64,000 nt of DNA from Raja brachyura (taxonomy: Eukaryota): the NCBI GenBank assembly GCA_963514005.1, contig OY740781.1, positions 182,280,001 to 182,344,000 on the forward strand, read 5' to 3'. Under the pieces are notes generated by a model. The model did no database searches. It was not told where the DNA came from and saw only the letters and a list, made by a program, of their open reading frames with translations. The translations under genes and the position numbers were made by a program. Below, piece by piece: positions 26,148-38,008 of the stretch; positions within the stretch are counted from its first letter, which is position 1, and every line of letters begins with the position of its first letter.

Positions 26148-27880
26148 TAGAATCATAGTCATACAGCATGGACACAGGCCCTTCAGCCCAGCGTTTTCCA
26201 TGCTGATCAAGATGCCCATCTAAGCAAGTCCCATTTGTCTAGAAGAGTTAGATTTAGCTCTTAGGGCTAAGGGAATCAGAGGATATGGGGAAAGCCGGAA
26301 CGGGGTACTGATTTTGGATGATCAGCCATGATCATATTGAATGGCTGTGCTAGCTCGAATGGCTGAATGGCCTACTCCTGCACCTATTTTCTATCTTTGT
26401 CTACATTTGGCCCAAATACATCTGAATCTTACCTTATCGATGTATTCATCCAAATACCTTTTAAATGTTGTTACTGTAATTGCCTCGACTACTTCTGCTG
26501 GTAGCTTGGTCCTATATTCTTCACCACCCTCACAATGAAAACGTTTCTATTAAATATTTTCCCTTCCCATCATAAATCTATGCCCTCTAATTTTTGATTC
26601 ACTTATCTTGGGAAAAAGTTATTTATAAAACTCTCATCTTGTCCTCTCCCGGTTTGCGTTGTTTTTTAATTTGCGCAAAAACGGTACCCGATAGAGCTAC
26701 GATTTTTCGCTACCTTAATCGCCATTCTCCTGTGCTGCAAGTGCATCAAGTGTTGTTCCGATCGGTGAAATATTATAAAAGTGTTAGTGTGCGGAGGCTG
26801 TGTTCGCGGGCGGGGTCTGTGTTCGTGGGCGGGGACTGTGCTCGCGGACGGGGGTGGCGACCACCACGACCAACTGGGAGCAGCAGAGTGCAGCCGGGGC
26901 CGGGAGCCGCTGATTGTGACAGGAGCCGGGGACAAGAACCGCTGAGCCCACATTCCCCCCCCCCCTCCCATGCCCCCCCTTTCTCCCCCCACAATCCCCC
27001 TCCCCCACAATGCCCCCTCCCCCCCCACACACACCCCCGCCCATAAATCCCTCTCCCCCCCCCCACATGCCTCCTGCCCACACCCCCATCCCCTCCTCCT
27101 CCCCCTCCCCCTCACACCCTCTCCCCACACACCCCTCCCCCACACACCCTTCCCTCCCCCACACCACCCCCCCTACCCCACACCCCCCTCTCCCCACACC
27201 CCCCCTGCCCCCTCACACCCCCTGCCCCCACACCACTGCCACCCACACACCCCAACCCCCCACAACCCTTCCACCCCCCCCCCCCCCCCCCCCGCCACAC
27301 AGCAGTAGGCCACGGCAGCGGCAGCGGTAGGCAGCAGCAGGGGTAGGCCATATTTTAAGAGTTATTCACATTTTAAGCTTTAACGAATCCCTTTTCCACT
27401 TGCCGTGCCCACCAGCTGTGGCTGCGCAGTAATACCTGCGAGTTCTATGTCACAATCGGAATGCAATGGGCGGGAATGGCTGCGTCACCAGAGAGCCGCT
27501 AAGAGTGGATGGGGTGGAGTGAGTGCAAGGGGCGGCGTGGGGGTGGGGAGGGGGGGGGGGGTTAGGGGAGAAGGGGGGAATCAGGTGCGTCACAACGGGA
27601 ACCCGCCAACTGCGGTGAGAATCAGAACCAATGGGTCCCACTTAGTCTAGTCCTATCTATTCCCCTCAGGATTTGATACACTTGTATAAGATCACCTCTC
27701 AACCTCTTGCACTCCACAGTCCGAGCCTGCCCAACCTCTCCCTCTAGCTCAGGCCCTTGATTCCTGGCAACATCCTTCTCCGCGGTCTTTGGTTGGTTAA
27801 TGGTGTCTTTCCTATAGCAGGATGATGAAAACCGAACAAATATTCCAAAAGTGGCCATACCAGTGTCATGTACAAATGTA
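26148..27880 (-). mobile_element. CR1 3' fragment hosting nested insertions (sense CR1 tail about 26242-26395; Helitron-like 26622-27650)
   Basis: Antisense CR1 text breaks after GGGAAAAAG (about 26618) and resumes at CCTATCTATTCCCCTCAGG (27652). Minus-strand ORF gives RLRGDLIQVYQILRGIDR. Confidence 0.75.
26622..27650 (+). mobile_element. Non-autonomous Helitron-like element with C-rich interior
   Basis: 3' end TGGGTCCCACTTAGTCTAG followed by T (CTAG 27647-27650, decayed subterminal hairpin). No TIR or TSD. First ~160 bp homologous to the element at 47945, which starts A|TC. Confidence 0.65.
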
Positions 27881-28334
27881 CCTCCCCTTGGCCTCTAATT
27901 TACCAAGTAAAAACAATAAGTACTGATACCATTTCTGTTACTTCTGCAGAAAAATCCTGGCCAAATGGATTCTTGTGGGCATCTTCCAAATCCAATGTAC
28001 AACAAATGGAATCAGTTGACAATGTAATCCATGCCAATAATTTCCATCCCATGGTGAAATTGGTAGTCTTAAGAGAACTGATAGTTACTTGTAAGCAGGA
28101 TTTTTTACAAGACTGGTTCTCGTTTGAATTTAATAATATTTACAGAAGCTGGTTCATACATAAGCCGAAATTTCATAACCTGGGGATGGCCTGCATTCAA
28201 AAACAAATGATGGGAAAGCAGCACTGTCCACTCAAGATTCACAGATACAGTCCATACATTTCCAAAGTAATTGGAGCTTTGTTACTCCATCACAAGAATG
28301 TGATGCCAGAATTTATCACTTATTTAATCATCTT

Positions 28335-28626
28335 ATTGCATGCAAAGGATAGACAACAAAATGCTAAACATGACTACTTTCATTTACATGACATTGCTGT
28401 GTCCCAAACATTAAAGGTGCCCTGAAATGGGGGGACTGTGTATAAACAATGCTGTAATTTCTACATGGCGAAACCAAAATGTATAAAAAGGCCTTTATTA
28501 AAATCTGACAATGTGCACTTTAACCACATGTGTTTTTTTTTGTTCTATTATAAATCTCAAATTATGAAGTACAGAGGCAAATAAATAAATGATGAGTCTT
28601 TGTCCCAAACATTATGGAGGGCACTG
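28335..28626 (+). mobile_element. Tc1-like DNA transposon: transposase C-terminus plus right IR/DR terminal repeat
   Basis: ATTGCATGCAAAGGATAGACAACAAAATGCTAA translates IACKG*TTKC*, resembling the Tc1 KGxxTKY* end. Direct repeat TGTCCCAAACATTA at 28400 and 28601. Ends GGAGGGCACTG (reverse of CAGTG). Confidence 0.85.
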
Positions 28627-29275
28627 TGAGAGAAAATCTGTTCATGGTGACTGTCAGTGATGTGATTAAGCTTGTGTAAGAGTGAACAAAGCTTGGTTAA
28701 CACTTTAGATTCAGATTCAGATTCCCCTCAAATTCAGCCAGCTGGAAGTAATTTTAAAGGTTCCCCCAAAGGCTAAATATTTGATGTCACTTAAGTTTGA
28801 AAAATCATGGTGGTTGAGTTATCACAAATGAGCAAACCTTCTTACAAATGCAGTTTAGTTCTTCTGGCATTTGAGTGGTAGATCTATCATTCAAGTGTTA
28901 TTGTAGTATCGAATTATAATGATCAACCCCACCCCCACCACCGCAGTCAAACATTACAGCTACCTTAACAGTGCAATAATACTGGAGCGATGGTGAAATG
29001 TGTGAACTAATTTTGTTGATAAAGCAGTACTAATTTGTGCAGCTACTAGCATTTTTATTTCTTCTATTAACTTTATGCATATCGAATTACTACTTGTTTC
29101 CTTCCCCAACGTTTAGTCTGATCACATCCATTTATAAAGTGTGCTGTATAATGATTGCTGTTTTCTCTTTCTGAGCCTGACTCGGTTGGTTCAGTTGCAA
29201 GACAGAATTTAGTTAATTAGAATCACACAACAAGACTGAAATAGATGATAGAGACTTCTATATTTCTATGTTTCT

Positions 29276-29859
29276 CATAGAGTGATACAACGTGGAAATA
29301 GGCCCTTCGGCCAACTTGCACGCACCGACCAAAATGTTCCAGCTACATGAGTCCCACCTGCCTGCGTTTGGTCCATATCCCTCCAAACTTGTACTATCCA
29401 TATACATGTCTAACTGTTTCTTAAACATTGGTATGGTCGCTGCCTCATCTACCTCTGGCAGCTCGTTCCATGCACCCACCACCCTTTGTGTAAAAAGGTT
29501 ACCCCTCAGATTCCTATTAAATCTTTTCCCTTCACCTTAAACCTATGTCCTCTGGTCCTCGATTCCCCTACTGTGGGCAAGATACTCTGTATATCTGCAC
29601 GATCTATTCCTCTCATGATTTTATATACCTCTATATGATCACTCCTCATCCTCCTGCGCTCGAAGGAATAGAATCCCAGCCTACTCAACCTCTCTCTATA
29701 CCTCAGACCCTCAAGTACTGGCAACATCCTCGTAAATCTTCTCTATACCCTTTCCAGCATTACAACATCTTTCCTACAACATGGTGCCCAGAACTGAACA
29801 CATTACTATTAATGCGGCCTCACCAACATCTTAAATAACTGCAACATGACCTCCTGACA
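29276..29859 (-). mobile_element. CR1 LINE 3' fragment with apparent 11-bp TSD
   Basis: ORF text YRERLSRLGFYSFERRRMRSDHIEVYKIMRGIDR..TRGH. TCTATGTTTCT at 29265-29275 and 29860-29870. Confidence 0.9.
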
Positions 29860-30409
29860 TCTATGTTTCTATATTTCGATATTTTTCTGCTCAGGAAAGT
29901 ATGACAAAAGTTTCATGGCTGCATTATATTTGCAGTATAACTTTTAGTTATATAAATAGAGTAGCTGAAGCATCTAAAATACGTTCCCATTCTTTTACAC
30001 TGTCTGAACAAAAATGACTGAGCCAATTGTTTGGTTCAGAATGTGTTTTGCATGATTGGTGATAGTGGATGTTTATGAATTGCTGTGTTTCTGAGTTTGG
30101 ATATTGCAGCTAATTTCAGCCAGTAATCCTGATCTAAACCTTGATGAACAGCCATCTTATTTAGAATCTTTTATAATGACGCACAACCTTTGCATTTCTA
30201 CAGTGTTGAAAATTTAGGAAAAATAAACAAGTACCTTGTGACAAATAAAAGGCACCAAAAGGCACTGATGGGTAAATAGGTGTAAGGTACATGATCTTTG
30301 AAATATATAATTGAGCGAAATATGTGGCTCAGATCAAGCCGCACTCACAAAACTCTTCTGAAAAACGTCGAAGAGTGCAAGGCATCATCGCAGGCTTTGC
30401 TTTAAAGGT

Positions 30410-30587
30410 AAAGGAAGGAACTGCAGCCACTGGGTATACACCAAAGATAGAAGCAAAGTGCTGGAGTAACTGAAGTAAGTCTTCAGTATGATGAAGGGTG
30501 TGGACCCAAAACGTCACCCATTCCTTCTCTCCAGAGATGCTGCCTTTCCTGCTGAATTATTCAAGCATTTTATGTCTATCTTTGTTA
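30410..30587. mobile_element. Penelope-derived inverted mini-insert
   Basis: Antisense arm then sense arm with a decayed hammerhead core. TTAAAGGT repeated at 30402-30409 and 30588-30595. Confidence 0.75.
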
Positions 30588-30863
30588 TTAAAGGTGCCAG
30601 GTTCTTTCAATGCTTTGGAATATCTGTAACAAATAATTAAAGTTGAGACATTTTTCATGCTCCAAATCTATAATGGTTACTTAAACCACTAACATACTTT
30701 TACATACTGTATCAAAGTCTATAAAAGTACACTACTTTCCAATCACCATTGAAATAAATTGGCCTGTGGATCCTGTATCAGCTTGAACTTGGTGCAGGAT
30801 GTGAGAGCATATTTCCCAGTATTCACCAGCACAGCTCTGCCAGAAGCATTTGGACTGTCAAAT

Positions 30864-31122
30864 TTGTTTAGTTTGTTTAGTTTAGAGAAAACAGGTAATT
30901 TGACGACTGATCATCCTTTCACTCTAGTTTTGGGGTTATGCTACTTCCTCATGCATTCCCTACACACTTCGGGCAATTCATACAGCCAGTTAACCCGCCC
31001 ACCTGCATCTTTGGGATTTGGGAGGAAACCCATGCAGTCACAGGAAGAGTGCGCAAACTCCACACAGACAGCACCCAAGGTCAGGATTGGCACTTGGAGG
31101 CAGCAGCTCTACCAGCTGTGTG
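30864..31122 (-). mobile_element. tRNA-derived SINE, decayed
   Basis: (TTTAG)n tail, GGGAGGAAACC, AAACTCCACACAGACAGCACC, GGCAGCAGCTCTACCAGCTG. Confidence 0.75.
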
Positions 31123-31815
31123 GTAGTCCCAGAACTTGCTGGCCATTTCTTGGGTAAATGCTAGCAGTTTTGTGTGGAACTACAGGCAAAACTTGCAAAT
31201 ATCCAGGCCGAGAAGTAAGTTTCTCTAGAAACTGCTATCAAGCATTTCAGCGGTTTCTTAATTTCCTTATAGCTTTTCTTAATTTCTTATAGCTTGAGCT
31301 ATGAAAGCAAAATTAGAAGTATTATACAACTGTAAATGCTAAGTTTCTCCTCTGTTCTGCCAAAGTGCTTTCTACACTGAACACCTGCTGCTTTTATTGT
31401 GTAAATCCGTTGAAGGGCCAAATACATTATGATTTTTAAAAAAATTAAAAAATGAGAACAAAGGCATTATGAAGGGCACCCTATGAAGTGCTCAAGTCAG
31501 GACCCTTCAATTAGTGTAGTTGTGCTTCCAAGGCCCCCTGAATTAATTAGTGCTAGAAAATGCATATGAGCTAGAAAATTCCCAGCTATGCTTGACTGGC
31601 AAGCTGAAACAGAAAACCTCTTGGCACCTTGATTTCTTGACATTGTACTTAGATTCCAAATATCCAAGTTTAATATCTTGACTGAATAAACAAGATTTCA
31701 AGAATATGTTAGGTACAAGTGAGCAAGCTAATCAATCTATGCTCAGAAGGATTATCTTGTAACTCACCTGTTGTATGTTATCAAGTTGAGTTATTGCGAT
31801 CTGTGGGCAAAGATT

Positions 31816-32132
31816 ATTTTAGTTTAGTTTAGAGATGTAGCGTGGAAACAGGCCCTTCTGCCCACCGAGTCCACATCAACCAGTGATCCCCGCGCACTAA
31901 CACTAGTTCCAAACACAGTAGGGACAATTTACATTTTTTTACAACAGCCTACAAACCTGTACGTCTTTGGAATGTGGGAGGAAACTGGAGTTTCCCGGAG
32001 AAAACCCACGCAGGTCACAGTACAAAGAATGAACAAGCTCCATAAAGACAGCATCCATAGTCAGGATTGAACCTGGGCTCTGGTGCTGTAAGCTGCAATT
32101 CTCCAACACCACTGCTGCGCCACCGTGCCGCC
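31816..32132 (-). mobile_element. tRNA-derived SINE, full length
   Basis: Ends GCGCCACCGTGCCGCC (head on minus strand). (TTTAG)n tail at 31816-31832. Confidence 0.85.
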
Positions 32133-32569
32133 TTACTCGCTCTTCACAATTTGATATACAATTGTTTTCACCAAACGAAAATGACATGGGTTCAGTGACT
32201 TCAGATGAGAGTGACATGTGCAGCCATTCACCAAGGCCCAGATGTCTCTTTAGTAAACAATAAATAGTAGTGGTTTTCTGCTCCTCCAAAGTAATATCTG
32301 ATAGGAAGAGCATGTGAATGTTTTCACACCAGCCACACACCAGTGCCTGAATTGATCTACCTTTTAGGGTGAAGGCCACAGTCTTCACCCTAAAAGGCAA
32401 TGACAATTGGTCACGGCTCCAGGTTTCATATGTGAAGTTGAAGTTCGTCATGAACAACAATACATGGGTATTGTTCTGACCATCCCGATTGTGCTTGATG
32501 AGAGTCTCATCACCCACTGTGATGAGAGTCTCCTTTGTATCCAGACTGCGGAGTTACTGAGTTATCTAC

Positions 32570-33165
32570 TGTGTCCGTTGTTCTAGGTGGTGAGACCAAA
32601 TATAGACTGGGCGATCATTTTGCTGAACACCTTCGCTTAGTCCGCCTAGACCTACAGAATCTGATCTCCCAGTTGCTCACTTTAATTGCCCTTCCCATTC
32701 CCACCATTCTGTCCTGGGCCTCCTCCATCGTCAGAGTGAGGCCAAATGCAAATTGGAGGAACAGCACCTCATATTTCACTTGGGCAGCTTACAACCCAGC
32801 AGTATAAGTGTTGTTTTCTCTAACTTCAAGTGACCCTTGCAGCTCCTCTCTCTCCATCCCTCCCCCACCTAAGTTGCTGTACTAGCTTCAAAGTCATCTT
32901 GTTGAGCCTCATTGACTGTAACTGGTTTTCACCTGGCGCGCAGCTAACAATGGCCTGTATCCTTTATCATCATTACTTTTTTGCATATCTTTCATTCATT
33001 TGTTCTATATCACTGTCTATATCTCCTGCTTCCATTTCCCCTGACTCTCAGTCTAAAGAAGGGTCTTGACCCGAAACGTCACCTATTCCTTTTCTCCACA
33101 GATGCTGCCTGTTCCGTTGAATTACTCCAGCTTGTTGCGTCTATCTTACTCCAGCATTTTGTGTA
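32570..33165 (+). mobile_element. Penelope-like element 3' part: GIY-YIG endonuclease remnant plus terminal repeat
   Basis: Translates GETKYRLGDHFAEHLR and VLGLLH..KLEEQHLIFHLGSLQP. Hammerhead-like CTAAAGA-A-GGGTCTTGACCC-GAAACGTC at 33053-33080. Confidence 0.85.
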
Positions 33166-34737
33166 TGGGTCCTGTGTTGAGTTGCCTTGGGGCAAAATTG
33201 GTAAAAGTGTTACTGCACAGACATGTTTCACTCTGAAGTGAAGAAGAGTTACAATGTGAAATCGAAACACAATGAAATAGATAAATAGGGATATTTTTAA
33301 TTGAATGCATGCATCATGCTGCTCACTAACGGGCAGAAACATTTAGTTGGAGGAGGCTTAGATTTGCTTGCTGCAGCACTGACAAACTGAAATAATAATT
33401 TGCGGAAATCACTTCAGACAATGATCTTCACCAATAACTCATATGTGGCTGTGCTTATATTAAGTACATATCAGATGAACCCTTCCACACAACTCTGAGC
33501 TTGCTTAACTGTTTCATAAGTCTTTCTGAGATATTAGCCATTAAAGAAGCTGAAAATAGTTCTATTCTCATTGGCCAAGCTGTTAATGTTATTTGGCTTT
33601 GTTTTGTGACTGTGGCTTAAAATTTTAAGATTTATTATTCCAGCCTAAGGCAATAAATTAAAACTGTAAGGCAGAGAGTCCACCAAACCACAGACTTTAC
33701 TGGATATTTTGCCTTAGGTTTTGACCCTTGCATAGCTGTTGCACAAATTTAATGGCCAATAATTCGGGACTTTTATTATTGAAACACATAAATATTTGAC
33801 AATTAATTGGCAAGAGCATGTAGAATGTGTTTTCAATAAATGCAGGCAGAAGAATAGTATATTGTAGTCCCTGTGTTGTGAATCACACGTGTTAACAGTT
33901 GTCTGCCATTAATGCTGTAGCCCTCAATCTTTATGTGTTTTTCTTTTGTGGTTTGTTAATTAATGTAACTGGATAAAATTCATAAAAATGAGGTGTAAAC
34001 TAACATTTCCCCACAGCCTACAATGTATCTAAAGTGTGCAAAGGCGACTGATGGTTCCCACGCTAATTGAGTGGCGAGACAGATAATCAAAAGTTCACGT
34101 TTGTTTTTGCTAACAACACTGGAGTCTGGTGCATTGATATTATGTTTCATTAAAAATGTACAGAGAAAAGTATTAGTATAAAACTTATGCACACTCATGC
34201 GTTCAATAAGACTAATGCACACATCATGCATAGATTAACAAATGTCCATGGGCCAAATTGCAAACGTTTACAGGCCAAGTTGAACTAAAACCAGTAAGCA
34301 ACTTAATACACTTTTACAATTCATCTTTGTTAGCCAACCAACAATCCTTAGTTTCATGTTCATATGATCTATTTCCCCTCCCACGTTCTTTCTTTTCATT
34401 CATCATTATATCTACATCAATTAGTACATGCTTATAGAGATGTAAGCTTATATAAGGTCCATATGAGGATGATCTGAAGAACAAAAAAAAGTGAAGTGTC
34501 CAGAAATTGGATCAGTTAGCAGTTTTAATTAATAAATCACACAAATATGCACTGCAAACTCACTGGTGCTCACAGGTGGGTTTCTGTACGTTTTAATGAA
34601 ACTTCTCCAGACCAAGATCACAGCAAATATCTCTTTCTCAGTTTGAATATAATATGCCTCCATGTCTGTCAAGAGTGCTGCTTGTTATTGCTGATTGATC
34701 TTCCTACAAAATCATTGCTCCAAGGTCCTTTACTTTC

Positions 34738-34950
34738 ATCAGTCTGAAGTGTCCCAACACGAAAAATCATCGTGTGTAGGAAAATGTGTACATGAAGGGT
34801 CTCGACCCCGAAACGTTACGCATGCCTTCTCTCCAGATATGCTGCCTGTCCCACTGAGTTACTCCAGCATGTTGTGTCTACCTGAAACATCATCTGTCCA
34901 TTTCCTTCTACAGATGCTGCCTGACCCACTGAGTTCCTCAAGCAGTTTTT
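34738..34950 (+). mobile_element. Tandem cluster of Penelope terminal-repeat fragments
   Basis: Up to three partial GAAAC..AGATGCTGCCTG..CACTGAGTT units. Confidence 0.7.
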
Positions 34951-36724
34951 TTTTGTTGGATAAACTGTCTCTTAAGTCACCTTTTACTAAGGTGTTTGCT
35001 TATAGTATTGGGTACATAAAGATCATAGTCCACAATGTGGAGCATGTGACCCCTCCACATTACAATCCTTATTCAGAGGGAAAACTCAAAGATCCCTCAC
35101 ATTCCACTTTGCAGATGCTCTTGTTGGTTCATAACACATCAATGAGTGAATCTCTGATCCATTTCCTGAACGCATTTTGCAAAATCTTTTTAATCAAGGG
35201 CAACTCATCGTGACGTATCATATGAAGACAAAAAATCAATTTCTGCATTGCTTGAGTGAGAGGAATTTCACAACTAGAGAAGACAAGTGGAGTCACTTCC
35301 CACCAGCTTCTTTTTACCTTGGCTTCGTGGGTTTCCTGGCTTTTTTGGTCTACAGGACCTCTCTTCAGCCATCATCGTATTTGTGGCTTCACTAATTATC
35401 CAGGCTCTCTCCATCTCCTTGCAGCCCATAGGGGCCAAAGTGTTTTGATTTCAGCTTCATTGAGAAGTGCCCTCTTGATTACTGTGGCTCCCTTTGGAAT
35501 GATGCACAGCCATTTGTCCGAAACTGCTTTCATTTAGATGTGATGTGGTAAAGGCCAGTTCACATCCTGTTTAAATATATGCTTCTAGATGTAATCAAAA
35601 TTAATACCATTTCACTTTTTTTTTGGCTAAATGGACAATTTATTTTGCAGGAACCTGATCAGGCATTGGTAACATGTAAGTCTATGCCAGTTCAGCGCAC
35701 CGCAAAAGGGTAAAATCCAGTTTTTTAGCCATCTTTATCTCTAGCCTGATACTTTTATATATAAAATGTATTTTTGGTTCCTCAATATCCTAGTGAGGCA
35801 GCTAGATGGATGAGAACTGTGCTCCCTGGAGGCAAATGTCAATGATTTGATAAATAAATAACCTTGCTTGGTTCATAATTTATCGTGAAATTCATATCTT
35901 CATAATTTCTGAAAATAAATTCGAACTGCCTTATTGCGGTTTTCCCATGGTGTGGAATCAAAACCGATTGGGGAACTTGGATCTGCCCCATTAATTGTAC
36001 TGTCGGTTCAACAGTAAATGAAATTGATGACATCTGCCAAAATAAGTACCACGCTACTGATAGAGAATTTGTTTAAAATAAAGGATTTTGAAATTATTCT
36101 TTTTAAATTATATTTTGTACTTTGTTTTATTTTTCTGCTCTTGCTTACAAAATTGTTTCTGTCCTTGGTCCATTTAGAGACATTTGTTCCTGCAATTAAA
36201 AGTCTTGCACCGAATGTAAATCACATGGCAGGAAACATGATCAACAGCTTCCAAAGTACCAACCCTGCAAAGTTTTTTTTATCACTTTTTGAAATCTTGA
36301 TTGGCTCAAATGTGTTCATATGCAAATAGTAAACAAAGATGACTGACTCAAATATAGCAACAAATCGTAAACGCCAAGGGTCTGACATTACTGTCACTGT
36401 TGTTTACTCGACAGCGCATCAACACTGAACTCCTCCTGGAGTTCAGTGTGCGAGGGCAAAGCTGCAGAAATTCCTCACCACCAACGATGGGGAATCTACA
36501 TGAACGTTTTGCACCATTCATTTCACTGGAGGGGGATGGCTGCATAGACTTTGGTCAGCTTTATTTAGTTTAGTTTTTTCAAATTCTTTGGATGTTGTTT
36601 AATGTTCTCAATTTTTTTTAACATTTAACTTTTTTTTAAAATAAGTGCTGACTGGTTTTGGCTTTTTAATAACGCTTGGTTTTTTTTTGGACTTTGGAGA
36701 TTTGAGAAATAAGTATTGAGACGT

Positions 36725-37070
36725 AGAGTATAGAAGCAGGTCATTCGATCCTCTGACCATCTTCTTCACTCAATATGATCATGGCAAGTTGGTTCCAGGT
36801 TTCCCCCCGTATCTTTCTAGTCATAAGAACAATATCCCTTCTTGAATATATTTAATGATTTGTCTTCAACGATATTCCGGGGGAGAGAATTCCACAGGCT
36901 TACCATACTGTGGAAAAATAAACCTTAAATGACTTACTCCTTATCTTTGGACTGTCACCTTTGGTCCTGGATTCCCTGCTCCTTGGCAACAAATTTCTAG
37001 CATGTAATCTATCCTATTCTGTTAGAATCTTGTAGGTCTCTATTCAATCCAATCTCATTCTTCTTAATAC
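36725..37070 (-). mobile_element. Old CR1 3' fragment
   Basis: GAAGCAGGTCATTCG..ATGATCATGGC..AGAGAATTCCACAG, antisense CR1 end. Confidence 0.65.
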
Positions 37071-37126
37071 AAATATTAATTAATCCAATCATATTATCTC
37101 AGAAATTAGTCCAGTAAACATATCCT

Positions 37127-37635
37127 TGATATGGATGTCAACAAAATAGAGAGGGTACAGAGGAGATTTACTAGAATGTTGCCTGGGTTTCAACAGCTCA
37201 GTTACAGAGTTAGGTTGAATAAGTTAGGTCTTTATTCTCTGGAGCGCAGAAGGTTAAGGGGTGACTTGATAGAGGTCTTTAAAATGATGAGAGGGATAGA
37301 CAGAGTTAATGTGGACAAGCTTTTCCCTTTGAGAATAGGGAAGATTCAAACAAGAGGACATGACTTTAGAATTAAGGGACAGAGGTTTAGGGGTAACATG
37401 AGGGGGAACTTCTTTACTCAGAGAGTGGTAGCGGTGTGGAATGAGCTTCCAGTGGAAGTGGTGGTGGCAGGTTCGTTGGTATCATTTAAAAATAAATTGG
37501 ATAGGCATATGGATGAGAAGGGTATGGAGGGTTATGGTATGAGTGCAGGCAGGTGGGACTAAGGGAAAAAAGTTGTTCGGCACGGACTTGAAGGGCCGAG
37601 ATGGCCTGTTTCCGTGCTGTAATTGTTATATGGTT
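37127..37635 (+). mobile_element. CR1 LINE 3' fragment with open ORF2 C-terminus
   Basis: ORF 37131-37562: IERVQRRFTRMLPG..YSLERRRLRGDLIEVFK..FFTQRVVAVWNELP. Confidence 0.95.
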
Positions 37636-37697
37636 GATGTTTTGCAGGGACTGGTATGTGGTTTAGGCCAAAATAAATCTTCACCTTCTTTTGTTTG

Positions 37698-38008
37698 AAT
37701 TGATTGAAACTTACAGCATGACAACAGGCCCTTCAACCCACCGTAGTCCACGCCAACCATCGATCACTCGTTCACATTCATTCCATGTTATCCCACTTTT
37801 GCATCCACTCCCTACACCTTGGTGGCAATTTACAGAAGTCAATTACCCTGTAATCACACATATCTTTGGTATCTGGGAGGAAACCGGAGCATCTGGAGGA
37901 AATCCACGCTGGGAGAATGTGAAAACTCCATGCAGACAGCACCCGAGGTCAGGATCGAACCGGGATCTCTGGCATTGTGAGGCAGCAGTTCTACTAGCTA
38001 TGCCATGG
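37698..38008 (-). mobile_element. tRNA-derived SINE, decayed
   Basis: GGGAGGAAACCGGAG..AAACTCCATGCAGACAGCACCCGAGGTCAGGATCGAACC (B box on minus strand). Confidence 0.8.

Noticed and set aside
26594-27351. Cluster of 79-159 aa Pro/His- or Gly-rich ORFs
   Set aside because: Artefacts of the C-run tract in the Helitron-like element.
27868-28425. 185-aa ORF
   Set aside because: No recognisable motif; it runs from a CR1 remnant into a Tc1 end in a non-transposase frame.
28706-28723. (GATTCA)3 microsatellite
   Set aside because: Same unit as the Rex1/Babar tail at 13022; too short to call an element.
31939-32517. 192-aa minus-strand ORF
   Set aside because: Non-ATG start, reads through a SINE, no domain.
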